Source: a virus (Duplodnaviria > Caudoviricetes). From it: a stretch of DNA of 45,881 bases. The DNA is taken from IMG/VR virus record IMGVR_UViG_3300033416_000011, positions 1 to 45,881 of that record; one strand, written 5' to 3'. The notes under the pieces are model-generated. The model made no database searches and was not told where the DNA came from. It worked only from the letters and a program-made list of their open reading frames with translations. Position numbers and translations under genes: made by a program. Positions 33,377-42,778 of this stretch are shown here, piece by piece (the first letter of the stretch is position 1; each line of letters opens with the position of its first letter).

Positions 33377-33634
33377 ATGGATATCAGCAAAATATCGCAA
33401 TGGCGTACAGTGGTCATAGCGGTAGTAGGACTGATAGTACTGGCAGTACTGGCAGTACTATCGCTACGCGCAAGCCCTAGCGAGGCTGAGCATATCTACA
33501 ATACCCTGACAGGAGGGGTCGAAGTACTGGTGCTGATAGGTGCGGGTAAATCCGCGGTGCAGCACTTAGCAACAGGTAAAGGAGCGAAGGGGGCTATAGC
33601 ACAGCTCAAGGATGGCAGCAATGGCAGTGCATAG
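33377..33634 (+). CDS. Holin-like membrane protein
   Basis: 85 aa, one strong and one weaker hydrophobic helix, charged C-terminus, near the endolysin. GAGGAG RBS. Confidence 0.5.
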   Translation: MDISKISQWRTVVIAVVGLIVLAVLAVLSLRASPSEAEHIYNTLTGGVEVLVLIGAGKSAVQHLATGKGAKGAIAQLKDGSNGSA

Positions 33635-34280
33635 CCTAGAATGGTACTGCACGGCCTTAACGAGTAGCTGCACTAGCCAGGGTAGGTACAACGAATGCCT
33701 GTCTCTGGCTAATCCCGGATGCGAGCACCGCGCAATGGAAGTGAAAGCCGACATCCTCGAGTATTGGCAAGGTAGCGAAGGGGATTCTGTTATATGCGAT
33801 CCAGAAAATGTAGAGGTAGCCCAGAGCCTAGTACGCGCGCAAATCTGGACTAGAATAGGAGCCTATCTCACTGTCGAAGACGCGTGCTCGGCACGCGACA
33901 GCAGTGAACTCCTCTGCCATAAAACTGCTGAATGGCTAGCCCAAAACAATTTCTACCTAGCGCGAAAACGCGTAACCGACCAAAAAGCTACTTGTCTAGC
34001 TCTGTATAACTATAAGTGCACCAACGGTCCTAAAATCTACTGCACAGGATGTGGAAACCCAACGTGCCTAGAACATGTATCCGTCTATTGGATACATCTG
34101 AGGGGTTCGGGACCGTCATTTCTATGTGAAATGTGCGTACTTGAGAGACTAGAGAAAGGTACTGCTGTAGAAACGGGGCTATGCCGTATCCCCCTGAAAG
34201 GTTTTTATCCTTTTAACGTGGCTACCCCTAGTAGAAACGGAGAGTTGAGAACGTTCGAGTTGTGGCTAGGCAGCAAGTGA
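33621..34280 (+). CDS. Cys-rich hypothetical protein with zinc-finger-like motifs
   Basis: C..CG...C..H and C..C motifs. Start is 33612 or 33621. Confidence 0.6.
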   Translation: MAVHSLEWYCTALTSSCTSQGRYNECLSLANPGCEHRAMEVKADILEYWQGSEGDSVICDPENVEVAQSLVRAQIWTRIGAYLTVEDACSARDSSELLCHKTAEWLAQNNFYLARKRVTDQKATCLALYNYKCTNGPKIYCTGCGNPTCLEHVSVYWIHLRGSGPSFLCEMCVLERLEKGTAVETGLCRIPLKGFYPFNVATPSRNGELRTFELWLGSK

Positions 34281-34337
34281 TGACGCTATAGACGCGTTGA
34301 ACCGATTAAGCAGAAACCGACAGAACGGAGATACAGA

Positions 34338-34619
34338 GTGAAAACTAGTACAAAGCCGCAGGTAGAGATGCACCTATGCCCTTTCGATAGCTTCCGCCAA
34401 GGGAGTAGCTATTACTATGATCTTCGCCCTATGAGCAACGTGGGTACATGCAGCCAAAGGTGTAAAAAAGTGCTTGTTGACCAGAACGTGACACCTGGGC
34501 GGTACCGCTTGGCTCCTGCTGCGGACAATAGCTATTTCACGCTATCCCGAGTGCATCGAAGCGAAGACAGCGCTGACATAATACATATTGTTAATGTTAT
34601 GCGGCAATTGCCGCTATAG
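34338..34619 (+). CDS. Hypothetical protein
   Basis: 93 aa, GGAG RBS before GTG. Confidence 0.55.
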   Translation: MKTSTKPQVEMHLCPFDSFRQGSSYYYDLRPMSNVGTCSQRCKKVLVDQNVTPGRYRLAPAADNSYFTLSRVHRSEDSADIIHIVNVMRQLPL

Positions 34620-34641
34620 CGCCAGCGCAAAGGTGGCAGTG

Positions 34642-34923
34642 ATGCGTAGCCCGAAAACGACAGAACAGTTCGAAGCACGACAACAGTGGGAAGGTAGCGT
34701 TGAAGAGGTGCGCTCGAACGAAATAGTTGTGACACTGATAGACTTAACCAACCCTAACAATGCAAACGAGCGCGCTGTTATAAGCATGGACAAGGTGCCT
34801 AAGACTGACCGAAATCTTGTAGTACCTGGCGCTGTTTTCTATTGGAACATAGGCTATCAGCGAACAGCCTCTGGGCAAAGAATTCCTAAATCCTCTATCA
34901 GCTTTAGGTGTTCGGAAAGATGA
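34642..34923 (+). CDS. Hypothetical protein resembling a bacterial family
   Basis: QQWEG.V...L.DLT...D..LV.PGAVFYW.IGY motif. Start near 34639-34642. Confidence 0.6.
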   Translation: MRSPKTTEQFEARQQWEGSVEEVRSNEIVVTLIDLTNPNNANERAVISMDKVPKTDRNLVVPGAVFYWNIGYQRTASGQRIPKSSISFRCSER

Positions 34924-35417
34924 AAATGACTATACTCAAAAATCACAAGCTACTAGCAGGCGTACTAGTATTGACGCTAGGCCTGGCTTTCGCAGCAGGC
35001 CGGTATAGCAGGCCTGCGAAAGTAGTAGAACGTGTAACTAGCGCAGGCTGGGTAGATGCACACGCGGTATATTCGCAACGTGTCACCGAGACAGTGGTCA
35101 CGCGAATAATCACTGTGAAAGAGCGCAAAACGCCGAAGGGTGGCAGCTCCAAAACGGTACAGGTGGTCGAAAAAGAAGCTCGGGCCAACGTCGAAAAACA
35201 GCAGGAGCAAACGAACACTACCGCCCAGGTATGGCAGCAAGAGAAAGAGGTCTCCTACGCAGCACCGCGATACGGCGTACAGGCCACATGGTGCGGTGTT
35301 CGCTGCTTAGGTGCAGAGGGACAGCTGCGAGTCTTAGGTCCAATTTGGCTGGGCGCTGGAGTTAACTATAAGAGTGGTAGCATCGAACCAAGAGCATCAA
35401 TACGTATAGAGTTTTAG
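34920..35417 (+). CDS. Membrane-anchored protein, possible spanin/lysis accessory
   Basis: N-terminal TM, extended Thr/Val/Lys/Glu linker, C-terminal amphipathic beta strands ending in Phe. Confidence 0.5.
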   Translation: MKMTILKNHKLLAGVLVLTLGLAFAAGRYSRPAKVVERVTSAGWVDAHAVYSQRVTETVVTRIITVKERKTPKGGSSKTVQVVEKEARANVEKQQEQTNTTAQVWQQEKEVSYAAPRYGVQATWCGVRCLGAEGQLRVLGPIWLGAGVNYKSGSIEPRASIRIEF

Positions 35418-35425
35418 GGGTCTGT

Positions 35426-35728
35426 ATGCGAAAAGCTGAGAAGGTCAAAGAGTATTGGCTTGTGGAAATACGGGACGAAAGGCTACTGTTCCGGTCACAG
35501 AAAGATATGCTCACAGAGGTGATAGCCAGGATAAAAGGCACGATAGGGGCCTGGGATGATGAACCCTCAGCAGTCACTATCAGAAAATACATCAGAGCAA
35601 AAAAGTACAAAGAGGCCCTGGACATCTATAACAACTACGTAGAAGGCTGCGATAGTTTATACTTTGTGTATATGAAAATTGCTTTAAGGTCTCCGCGTAA
35701 AAAGCAGCCTACTCAAAGGTCAAGGTGA
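35426..35728 (+). CDS. Hypothetical protein
   Basis: 100 aa ORF on the operon strand. Confidence 0.6.
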   Translation: MRKAEKVKEYWLVEIRDERLLFRSQKDMLTEVIARIKGTIGAWDDEPSAVTIRKYIRAKKYKEALDIYNNYVEGCDSLYFVYMKIALRSPRKKQPTQRSR

Positions 35729-35732
35729 GATC

Positions 35733-36467
35733 ATGTCAATACTGTACAAATTCACCAACGGTGATATGCAAACGTATCTAGGATTTAAGTACACCCTTGG
35801 GGAGAAACGCACCGCCCCTGGAGGGGGTAGGCTATGCACATCTGCATGGCTGCACGCGTACAGAGACCCTATACTCGGGGTATTGATGCTACCGATACAC
35901 GCAGGATACGATTCACCACGACTGTTCCGCGCCGAGGGGGAGGTGGGGGTAGAAGACGGAACGAAAGTAGGCTGCTCTTCGCTAACGCTCCTCGAGGAAA
36001 TAGTTATACCGATTGTAACTACCGAGCAGCGCGTACGCTTTGCGATTATGTGCGCGCTGAAGGCATGCGAACTAGAAGAGTGCACGCCTGAGGCCTATCC
36101 CGATTTGATGTCGTGGGCCCGCCAGTGGCTAGCTGGAAATGAGTGTACACACGAGGCCGCGGCTATCGCATTTCAGGCAGCAGTGACAGCGCACCGTGCG
36201 GCTGCCGAAGCTGAACAGGCCCTGGTAACTACGGCCTCTGCCAAGGGGGCCGATATAGCGCATGCTGTGCACAGAGAAACCGCAGCCAGGGCGATGCGCT
36301 CAGCTACTAGGGCCGCCGTAGCGCAAGAAAAGGGGGCGTCGTGGGCGGCCTTTTCCGCAGATGCCGCCGCCTCCACAGGCCGAGTTGACTTGGTATACCT
36401 GGCTAAGCTAGCCACAGGACCTAGTATCAGCCCGATGGTACGGCAGGCTAGTAGCCGAGACTGCTGA
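35733..36467 (+). CDS. Phage hypothetical protein with Ala-rich C-terminus
   Basis: YK.T..DMQT..GF.Y.LG...LC...LHAY..P...K.GC motif series, common in phage accessory genes. Confidence 0.7.
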   Translation: MSILYKFTNGDMQTYLGFKYTLGEKRTAPGGGRLCTSAWLHAYRDPILGVLMLPIHAGYDSPRLFRAEGEVGVEDGTKVGCSSLTLLEEIVIPIVTTEQRVRFAIMCALKACELEECTPEAYPDLMSWARQWLAGNECTHEAAAIAFQAAVTAHRAAAEAEQALVTTASAKGADIAHAVHRETAARAMRSATRAAVAQEKGASWAAFSADAAASTGRVDLVYLAKLATGPSISPMVRQASSRDC

Positions 36468-36468
36468 A

Positions 36469-36660
36469 TTACTTCTTCCGCAGCAGGTAGCGGTGTATCT
36501 CTTCTACCTGCTGGCGTATCTCCTTTATATCTTGCGCTCGTTCGTCTACGCGCACCTCTACTGCCTGCACTCTTGAGCCTAGCGTAAACATGGCGCTGCC
36601 CACCGCTACGGCTATGTTCACCGACACACCGAGCAAAACCAGTAGTATCTTTTTAGTCAT
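36469..36660 (-). CDS. Small TM plus coiled-coil protein (holin/XhlA-like), last gene of the late arm
   Basis: N-terminal hydrophobic helix and heptad-like tail. Confidence 0.55.
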   Translation of the reverse strand: MTKKILLVLLGVSVNIAVAVGSAMFTLGSRVQAVEVRVDERAQDIKEIRQQVEEIHRYLLRKK

Positions 36661-36669
36661 AGGTACCGC

Positions 36670-37029
36670 CTACCGATTTCGAGTGTAGGATATATCTATT
36701 GTATTCGGGTGCTCGCCGTCTTGTACGATAGCACGCACGCCGAAAGCGAGCGTACCATCAGTGTTCACCGTACCGTAGGCGAACGACCCAGTGCTAGTGA
36801 CTGTCAGGAAACGCTTAGTGTCCAACGGCCTGAATGCAGCGTCTACAGTGCAAACTACTGTACCAATTGCTATGGTACCGCTAGTGGATACAATCTCTCC
36901 CACCAGACGCACCGTGCCGTCCGCATACAGGTATTGCGTGAAAACTATGGCCCCCGAGGCCGCGGGGGCTGTCCACACTGACACAGCCTCCTTCCGGACT
37001 AGATTGGTGCCTTCCGTCAATCGCATCAT
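36670..37029 (-). CDS. Tail-fibre C-terminal-like domain protein
   Basis: DGTVRLVGEI...AAFRP...VNTDGTL pattern. Probable start 37029 (ATGA overlap). Confidence 0.6.
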   Translation of the reverse strand: MMRLTEGTNLVRKEAVSVWTAPAASGAIVFTQYLYADGTVRLVGEIVSTSGTIAIGTVVCTVDAAFRPLDTKRFLTVTSTGSFAYGTVNTDGTLAFGVRAIVQDGEHPNTIDISYTRNR

Positions 37030-37418
37030 AGCTTGGCTCCCGTAGCAAGCTCGGCGCATACTAATCGTATAGATAGGCCTCCCGAGGAGACGGTACCTGA
37101 GGCCCAAGTGTATCGCAGCCTGCCAACAGGCGCGTAGACTTGGATGCCTCCTAAATATTGCCCTCTACTGCCAGTGATACCACTCAAGTTAAGCATATCC
37201 AAATCAGGAGCTCTGTGCCAACGCTCGGTGTATACGTCCTGCACTTCAGCAGCGAGCGTTATTTTGCTGGCAATAGTTTGCCCTGAATCGGCTTCGACGA
37301 AAACTCCTATACCTGCTACTCCTTCAAGCAGCACGCCATCACCTCCAGTATCTGCGATGGCCGTGGCATATCCTACCGCACTGCGCGCCCCTACTCTTGT
37401 CCATGTAATAGTGGCCAT
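37026..37418 (-). CDS. Beta-rich virion/tail accessory protein
   Basis: 130 aa, GGAGG RBS, downstream of the tailspike. Confidence 0.6.
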   Translation of the reverse strand: MATITWTRVGARSAVGYATAIADTGGDGVLLEGVAGIGVFVEADSGQTIASKITLAAEVQDVYTERWHRAPDLDMLNLSGITGSRGQYLGGIQVYAPVGRLRYTWASGTVSSGGLSIRLVCAELATGAKL

Positions 37419-37427
37419 GGTTCCCTC

Positions 37428-40154
37428 CTAGTACAGTGTTTGCCAGCCGTAAACGTCGCCTACGTTCTTAACGCATATCTTGGCTTGGTCAGCTACGCCA
37501 GCACCGCCGCCCACATAGGCGATCATGCCTCGAATTAGGGGGCCGTTGGTTGCGTCACAGGCGGGCATAGAGGAGGCTCCTACGCTTAATTGAATGTGCC
37601 CCTGATAACTTATTCGCGTAACATCAGTTTCTTGATTCACCGCAGCAGCGACCCACCCTGCAGTTCGGATTAACCTGGACCCAAACTTAAAGTCTGCTGA
37701 GGTCCCCGAATAGGAAGCGTCGCGATACCCCAGCATCCACAACGATTCCCCTGCAACAGCGTAGTACGCTCGGCCGTTGTAGCCCACGCAAAATTTGTTA
37801 GACCCGCCGGTCCCGTTTTGCGTGCAGAAGTTATAGCCCGATATTCGAGTGTTCTTGCCCCGTGCGATCACATCCGCAAAGTCAGCGCCCCCAGTTATCG
37901 GCCCAGTGCCCTGCAGTATTACCGATGTCACTGTGTCGTAGGGCTCGAATATATTGCTAGATACTGTGTTACTACCAGTAAATATAACGGTTTGTACAGA
38001 CGCACCTAGGATATAGTTCACCCAAATACGGTTATAGTCACCCGTGTCGGCGATACCGTAAACCATTTTGCCGTCGTAACTTTGGATATAGTTGTTGCTC
38101 ATGAAAATCTTAGTGGCCCCGGTCGAAATGCCTATACCGGAACCCACTGGACCCGAGGCCTGGTTTGGATTTATTATGGTGTTGTCTGTTATTGACACAC
38201 CGTAACTGTTCCCTACGATACATCCGACAGATATACCGTATCCGTCAGAAGCTACGAGTGTATTGCCTGTTATGTTCAAGTTTCGGACGTAATCCGTGTA
38301 TATAGCACTGCTGCCAACGGACGCGTACGAGAGATTATCCACTATCGCGCCTCCGTCAGCGTTGTTAAGCGTTATTGACACATAGTCATCCTCGAACGAT
38401 ACGTTGCCTTCGATAAGGATGTTTTTGATCGGTAGCGCGGGTATTGCCGCAGCTAGAAATAGCCCGCCCAACCCAACCTTTTTAGTCTTATTGTGAAGTA
38501 TCCGTACATCTATCAACTGCCCCGTGTCGAAAGATGCAATTCCTACACCTTTGCGGCCTACGTTCTCCAGGTAGTTATTCTCTAAGAGTACGTCATGTAC
38601 CTCAGTGTGAAATGTGACCACCGCTATAGCGTGATCCATTGATATGCCAGGGGATAGCATCCCGCAATTCACTAGCCGATTGTTTTTAACAGTGGGCCTG
38701 TTGTTGTCACCGAGCCATACGCAGCACTGCCCAGTGTCATGGATATAGTTGTTGTCTACAACGTTATCATAACCCTCCAGCAGAGCCACCCCACCCCAGC
38801 TACCCGAAGCTGGGTAGTTAACGTCCAGTGTTAAGCCCTTTATGGTCACGTGATGCACGTTGTAGCCTTGTAGCAACGCCCCCGGGTTGGGGTCGCTGAC
38901 GTATATTATGTTAGCCCCTGCGCCTGCCTTTATCACTGCGGCGCCGCCCTGCGCACTATACGTAGAATACGACTTAACGTAAAGGGGGTCCATTATTATA
39001 CAGTCCCCGCCATTCGGGAATTCCAACTCGTTGTTAGCCGCTGCGTTAATGGCAGCCTGTATTGACGCTGTGTCGTCAGTAACACCATCGCACTTAGCGC
39101 CAAACCACAGCGGGGTGAATTTCGGGGTCTTGTTGCTAACTACATTCAATGTACCCCCGCTCAGGTAAAATATTTGTAGCTTCCAGGGGCCGCTTATCGT
39201 TCCACTTATAGTTACGGTGCTACCCGCTCTGAGGTCTAGTGAACCATTCCCTGTGAAATTGATACTGTTGGCCGTAGTGGTGCCTGAGTCCAGGCGTACT
39301 TTGCACGATACGTTAAGCTCTATACCTAGATAGCCGGCTGCATAGGCCGCAGCTGCGAAAGCGTCTGCATCGTTAGTGCTCCCGTCACACTTTGCGCCCC
39401 AGTATTGAGGGTATATTTCACGCTGCTTTTTAGCTACAAAGCTTAGGGTACCCCCGTTCAAATAGAAAATCTGGTCCAACGGGGCGTGAAAAGTGGATAT
39501 CGTTATTGAGGCCCCCGTTCGCACGTCCAAAGACCCTGACCCCTGGAAATCGATAGGTGCTGCCACCGAAGTAGCGCCTGAGTCCAGGCGTATTTTGCAG
39601 GTAACCACTAAACTGGCGCCCACCGCGTACGCAGCGTTCTTGGCCGCAGTGAAGGCAGTCACATCGTCACTTCCAGTGCACACATTTCCGAACCACTGAG
39701 GGTACACGACTGGCACCTTACTTCCGCTGAAAAGCGCGCTCCCCGAGCCCGTGAAAACGCGGGCCAGTGGCCCTGTGAACCCGCCCCCTACGGTAAACGT
39801 TTTGGTAGCCGCTATCTGCAACTGGGCGCCAGGATCTACCCAGAGGTGGCCAGTGAGAGATACGTTTGCTGTCAGTACATAGGTACCGGCCGACACGTAT
39901 ACTGCTGTTTTGGCTGCCACCGCGGTGAAGGCCGCAGTGTCGTCAGTTACACCGTCTCCTTTAGCTCCGTAGTCTCTAACGTCTGCTAGGACGCCTAGTC
40001 GCGAGGCCATGGAGCGAGCAGTAGTAGAGCCTTCGCTCAACACGGGCCATTGGCCTACGTCACTCACCACCTGTTTCCCACTGGCTACCTGCGCCTTGGC
40101 CGAAGTTACACTCGCTAGCGCAATCAGCACAACTAGTAGTACTCTTAGTATCAT
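37428..40154 (-). CDS. Tailspike / beta-helix depolymerase (pectate-lyase-3-like) with N-terminal signal peptide
   Basis: DYGAKGDGVTDDT motif plus three variants, followed by Asn/Ile-rich parallel beta-helix repeats. Confidence 0.88.
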   Translation of the reverse strand: MILRVLLVVLIALASVTSAKAQVASGKQVVSDVGQWPVLSEGSTTARSMASRLGVLADVRDYGAKGDGVTDDTAAFTAVAAKTAVYVSAGTYVLTANVSLTGHLWVDPGAQLQIAATKTFTVGGGFTGPLARVFTGSGSALFSGSKVPVVYPQWFGNVCTGSDDVTAFTAAKNAAYAVGASLVVTCKIRLDSGATSVAAPIDFQGSGSLDVRTGASITISTFHAPLDQIFYLNGGTLSFVAKKQREIYPQYWGAKCDGSTNDADAFAAAAYAAGYLGIELNVSCKVRLDSGTTTANSINFTGNGSLDLRAGSTVTISGTISGPWKLQIFYLSGGTLNVVSNKTPKFTPLWFGAKCDGVTDDTASIQAAINAAANNELEFPNGGDCIIMDPLYVKSYSTYSAQGGAAVIKAGAGANIIYVSDPNPGALLQGYNVHHVTIKGLTLDVNYPASGSWGGVALLEGYDNVVDNNYIHDTGQCCVWLGDNNRPTVKNNRLVNCGMLSPGISMDHAIAVVTFHTEVHDVLLENNYLENVGRKGVGIASFDTGQLIDVRILHNKTKKVGLGGLFLAAAIPALPIKNILIEGNVSFEDDYVSITLNNADGGAIVDNLSYASVGSSAIYTDYVRNLNITGNTLVASDGYGISVGCIVGNSYGVSITDNTIINPNQASGPVGSGIGISTGATKIFMSNNYIQSYDGKMVYGIADTGDYNRIWVNYILGASVQTVIFTGSNTVSSNIFEPYDTVTSVILQGTGPITGGADFADVIARGKNTRISGYNFCTQNGTGGSNKFCVGYNGRAYYAVAGESLWMLGYRDASYSGTSADFKFGSRLIRTAGWVAAAVNQETDVTRISYQGHIQLSVGASSMPACDATNGPLIRGMIAYVGGGAGVADQAKICVKNVGDVYGWQTLY

Positions 40155-40163
40155 AGATTCCTC

Positions 40164-41165
40164 TTACGGAGTGTACGTCACACCGTCTAAACTTACCGTG
40201 GTTTGCCCCGTAGGGGTTATCACCGACAGCACCCCAGTGCCTGATAGCGTCCAGCTGGCGGCCACTGAAGGTATAGCGTTACAGGTGGCGGCTCCCCCCA
40301 GGTCCTTCAACGAGGTGAAAAACCCGCCTGGCATAGTGTATATGGCGTTAGTGGCACCAGCTGTACATCCACTTATGGTGCCTTGTAGATGCACCGTGCC
40401 GTTCACGTCTTTCCAATATCCAAAAGGTCGACCACTCAGGTACGGGTTGACAGTGCAGGTAGAGATAGCGGGTGTCACTAGGGCGGTATTTGCTAGGTCT
40501 GCCTTCACAATTGTGCCATCTACTATCAGTGCAGACGTGATCGTGCTATCAGCTATTTGTGCAGCAGTAACTGTCTTGTCTGCAATCTCGGTAGCGGTGA
40601 CTGCTTTGGGCTCGATATACGCCGCTGTGATTTTGCTGATGGTAGTTGTGCCATCAGTTTTAACGATAAGGGGGGCATCGGCCACAGGTAGAGCCGTGGG
40701 GAACACCAGGGTGTAGCTCACTGATAGCGTAGGGGCTTGTAGCGTGATACCGTAGGCGCTGGCGCCACTCGCAGGGTCGAGCAGCTTGAACCCGTTCGGG
40801 GTCCAGCCCGATCTAGCCGCAGCTCCTGCTATTGATACCCGGAGGTCTCCTGTTCCAGCCCGCCACAGGCCCGATATCGGCTCGATCGAAAAGCTCAAAG
40901 CTGGCAGTGAAGCAGAACCAGCGGGTAACAGCAACGGCGAAAGCATGTATCCCTTGCCAGTGCGGCTTAAACTGTCGGTCATCTCGGTGGTCAGGTCAGC
41001 AAATATAGAGTTAACCGTCACACTGCTGATAAGTGTACCGTACACAAAAGGATAGGTGCCAGTAGCGCTGACTGTGTAGGTACCGCTACTGTTCCTCGCG
41101 GGCAGCGCTTTAAGCGGGTACAGGGATATGACTATTACCGACAGTACAGTAAAAAATCGTATCAT
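40164..41165 (-). CDS. Tail fibre protein with N-terminal signal peptide
   Basis: RNSSGTY...GTLISS..N..F.DL..E.T.SLSR.G anchor-like domain, repeated (V/I)T...I.D.T(V/I) units, C-terminal GTVHLQG domain. Confidence 0.8.
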   Translation of the reverse strand: MIRFFTVLSVIVISLYPLKALPARNSSGTYTVSATGTYPFVYGTLISSVTVNSIFADLTTEMTDSLSRTGKGYMLSPLLLPAGSASLPALSFSIEPISGLWRAGTGDLRVSIAGAAARSGWTPNGFKLLDPASGASAYGITLQAPTLSVSYTLVFPTALPVADAPLIVKTDGTTTISKITAAYIEPKAVTATEIADKTVTAAQIADSTITSALIVDGTIVKADLANTALVTPAISTCTVNPYLSGRPFGYWKDVNGTVHLQGTISGCTAGATNAIYTMPGGFFTSLKDLGGAATCNAIPSVAASWTLSGTGVLSVITPTGQTTVSLDGVTYTP

Positions 41166-42775
41166 TGTGCAGCTCCTGATCGGCGCCTACGCGCTAGTGT
41201 CGCGTTCAACAACGCCTGCATGTTTTCTGTAGAGCTTGGTAGTAGCATACCCGCTAAACTTTGAGTCTGCTCTGGTGTCAGCCCAGCGGCCAGTGGCGCC
41301 AGCAGCTGTTCACCTTTGTACGCCATGCTGGCCACTGTGGGGGCCATCCTGCGCCCGAGCATGCCCTGCCCCACTGCGCCTATTCCTGATAGCAGAACAG
41401 CGGGGCTTCGCGATAGCATGCCCTCTGCAATTTCTCCAGGGAGGGATGCATATTTCCTACGCGCTGCTCTGGCTGCCCCTTCCTCGGCTTCACTCAGTGC
41501 TTCGGCTAAGCGCGCGTAACGCCGCTTTAACGGAAGAAAAGCAGCTACCGCTTCGGGGGCTTTTGCTGACTGTCGGGCGATAGCGTCTTCTATGTCTTTT
41601 CGAACTAACGCCGCCATATCCTGTTTCACCTGCCCCGTAGTGGATAGGTTTTTGCTTAGTACATCATATGTCCGTTTCGCCTCGTCTTGCAGGTTTCGCT
41701 TTATCTGCTCCTCTTGCATGAGACCCAATTTTCGCGTTGCTTTAGGCGACTGCTCAGCCAGCTGTCTGAGCTCCTCTGACATCTCCCGGAGCATTCCTGG
41801 ACGAGGGCTTAGCACCGAGTTTTGAGCGGCTACGTTAGCCAATCGATCGATTTTACGCGCCAGCAGAGCCGCATCACCGCCTGTTACACCTTTAGTCGCT
41901 AGAGCATCTAGTATACCGCCGTAGGCTGCGCCTGCCTCGTCTACAAGGTCCGTTAGCCTATTTTTTATCTTCCCCACAGTGTCGAGAGGCCGTATAGCTT
42001 TCGATTCAAGTGCTTCTCTAACGGCGCCCTCTGTGATCGGCTCTCTCGCACTCAAAGGCGTACCAATCCCGCTAAGCGCCTTTCTGCCCGCAGTGACAGC
42101 GGTTTCGCCTAGCCACGTTGCGACTGGCTTAGCGGCCGCAGTGGCCAGCGGTATGGCACCGCCTATCAAAGCACCCGTAGCTCCCCCGGTTAACGCATCT
42201 ACCAGCTGGCCTCCTACGCCTTGCTCTTCCGAAACTCCCGCTCCGTAAGCAGCCCCCGTAGGCATAGCTGCCTTGGCCCCTGCTACGACTCGTTGTCCTA
42301 ACGTAGCCCCTTGCGCCAAAGGGGTCGCAGCACCTCGAGAGGCTATCGTAGGCGCTAACGTGCCCACTGCTTCACTTAACTGATAGGCTATAGGACTGTC
42401 CGCTTTGGCGCTAGCATATTCGCGCCGATAGAAATCCCGAGCTCTTCGATACAGGTCGAGAAGGGTGGCGTTGGGGGGCACTTCGCCTAGCACGCGTTTG
42501 CGCTCTTCGGCCAAGCCTGGCAGCCCTATCAGTTTGGATACCGCACGCTTGGGTACGCCTAGCCCTGGTATCGCAGAGAGCAGGCCGCTAGGGAGCACTT
42601 CGCTAGCGGCTACTTCGGCGGCTTTGAGCTCGTCCGACCAGCCCAAGGTAGCACCCTGCTCAAGGCCCTTCACCGCTGTGTCGATTAGGCTATCCTTGGT
42701 GCCTTTTCCGACTGCTACTTGAGCCCTAGCCGCTGCTGCCTCGGTATCGCCTACGCGTATTGGTCGAAAGGCCAT
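41162..42775 (-). CDS. Internal virion / DNA ejection protein
   Basis: 537 aa, Ala/Gly-rich helical; QGATLGWSDE motif; position in the ejectosome cluster. Confidence 0.65.
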   Translation of the reverse strand: MAFRPIRVGDTEAAAARAQVAVGKGTKDSLIDTAVKGLEQGATLGWSDELKAAEVAASEVLPSGLLSAIPGLGVPKRAVSKLIGLPGLAEERKRVLGEVPPNATLLDLYRRARDFYRREYASAKADSPIAYQLSEAVGTLAPTIASRGAATPLAQGATLGQRVVAGAKAAMPTGAAYGAGVSEEQGVGGQLVDALTGGATGALIGGAIPLATAAAKPVATWLGETAVTAGRKALSGIGTPLSAREPITEGAVREALESKAIRPLDTVGKIKNRLTDLVDEAGAAYGGILDALATKGVTGGDAALLARKIDRLANVAAQNSVLSPRPGMLREMSEELRQLAEQSPKATRKLGLMQEEQIKRNLQDEAKRTYDVLSKNLSTTGQVKQDMAALVRKDIEDAIARQSAKAPEAVAAFLPLKRRYARLAEALSEAEEGAARAARRKYASLPGEIAEGMLSRSPAVLLSGIGAVGQGMLGRRMAPTVASMAYKGEQLLAPLAAGLTPEQTQSLAGMLLPSSTENMQALLNATLARRRRSGAAQ

Positions 42776-42778
42776 GGT

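Noticed and set aside
33437-33460. GTACTGGCA tandem repeat
   Set aside because: It simply encodes VLAVLAVL within a transmembrane helix.
36670-41165. Diversity-generating retroelement or invertible tail-fibre switch
   Set aside because: No reverse transcriptase or invertase, and no template/variable repeat pair seen.
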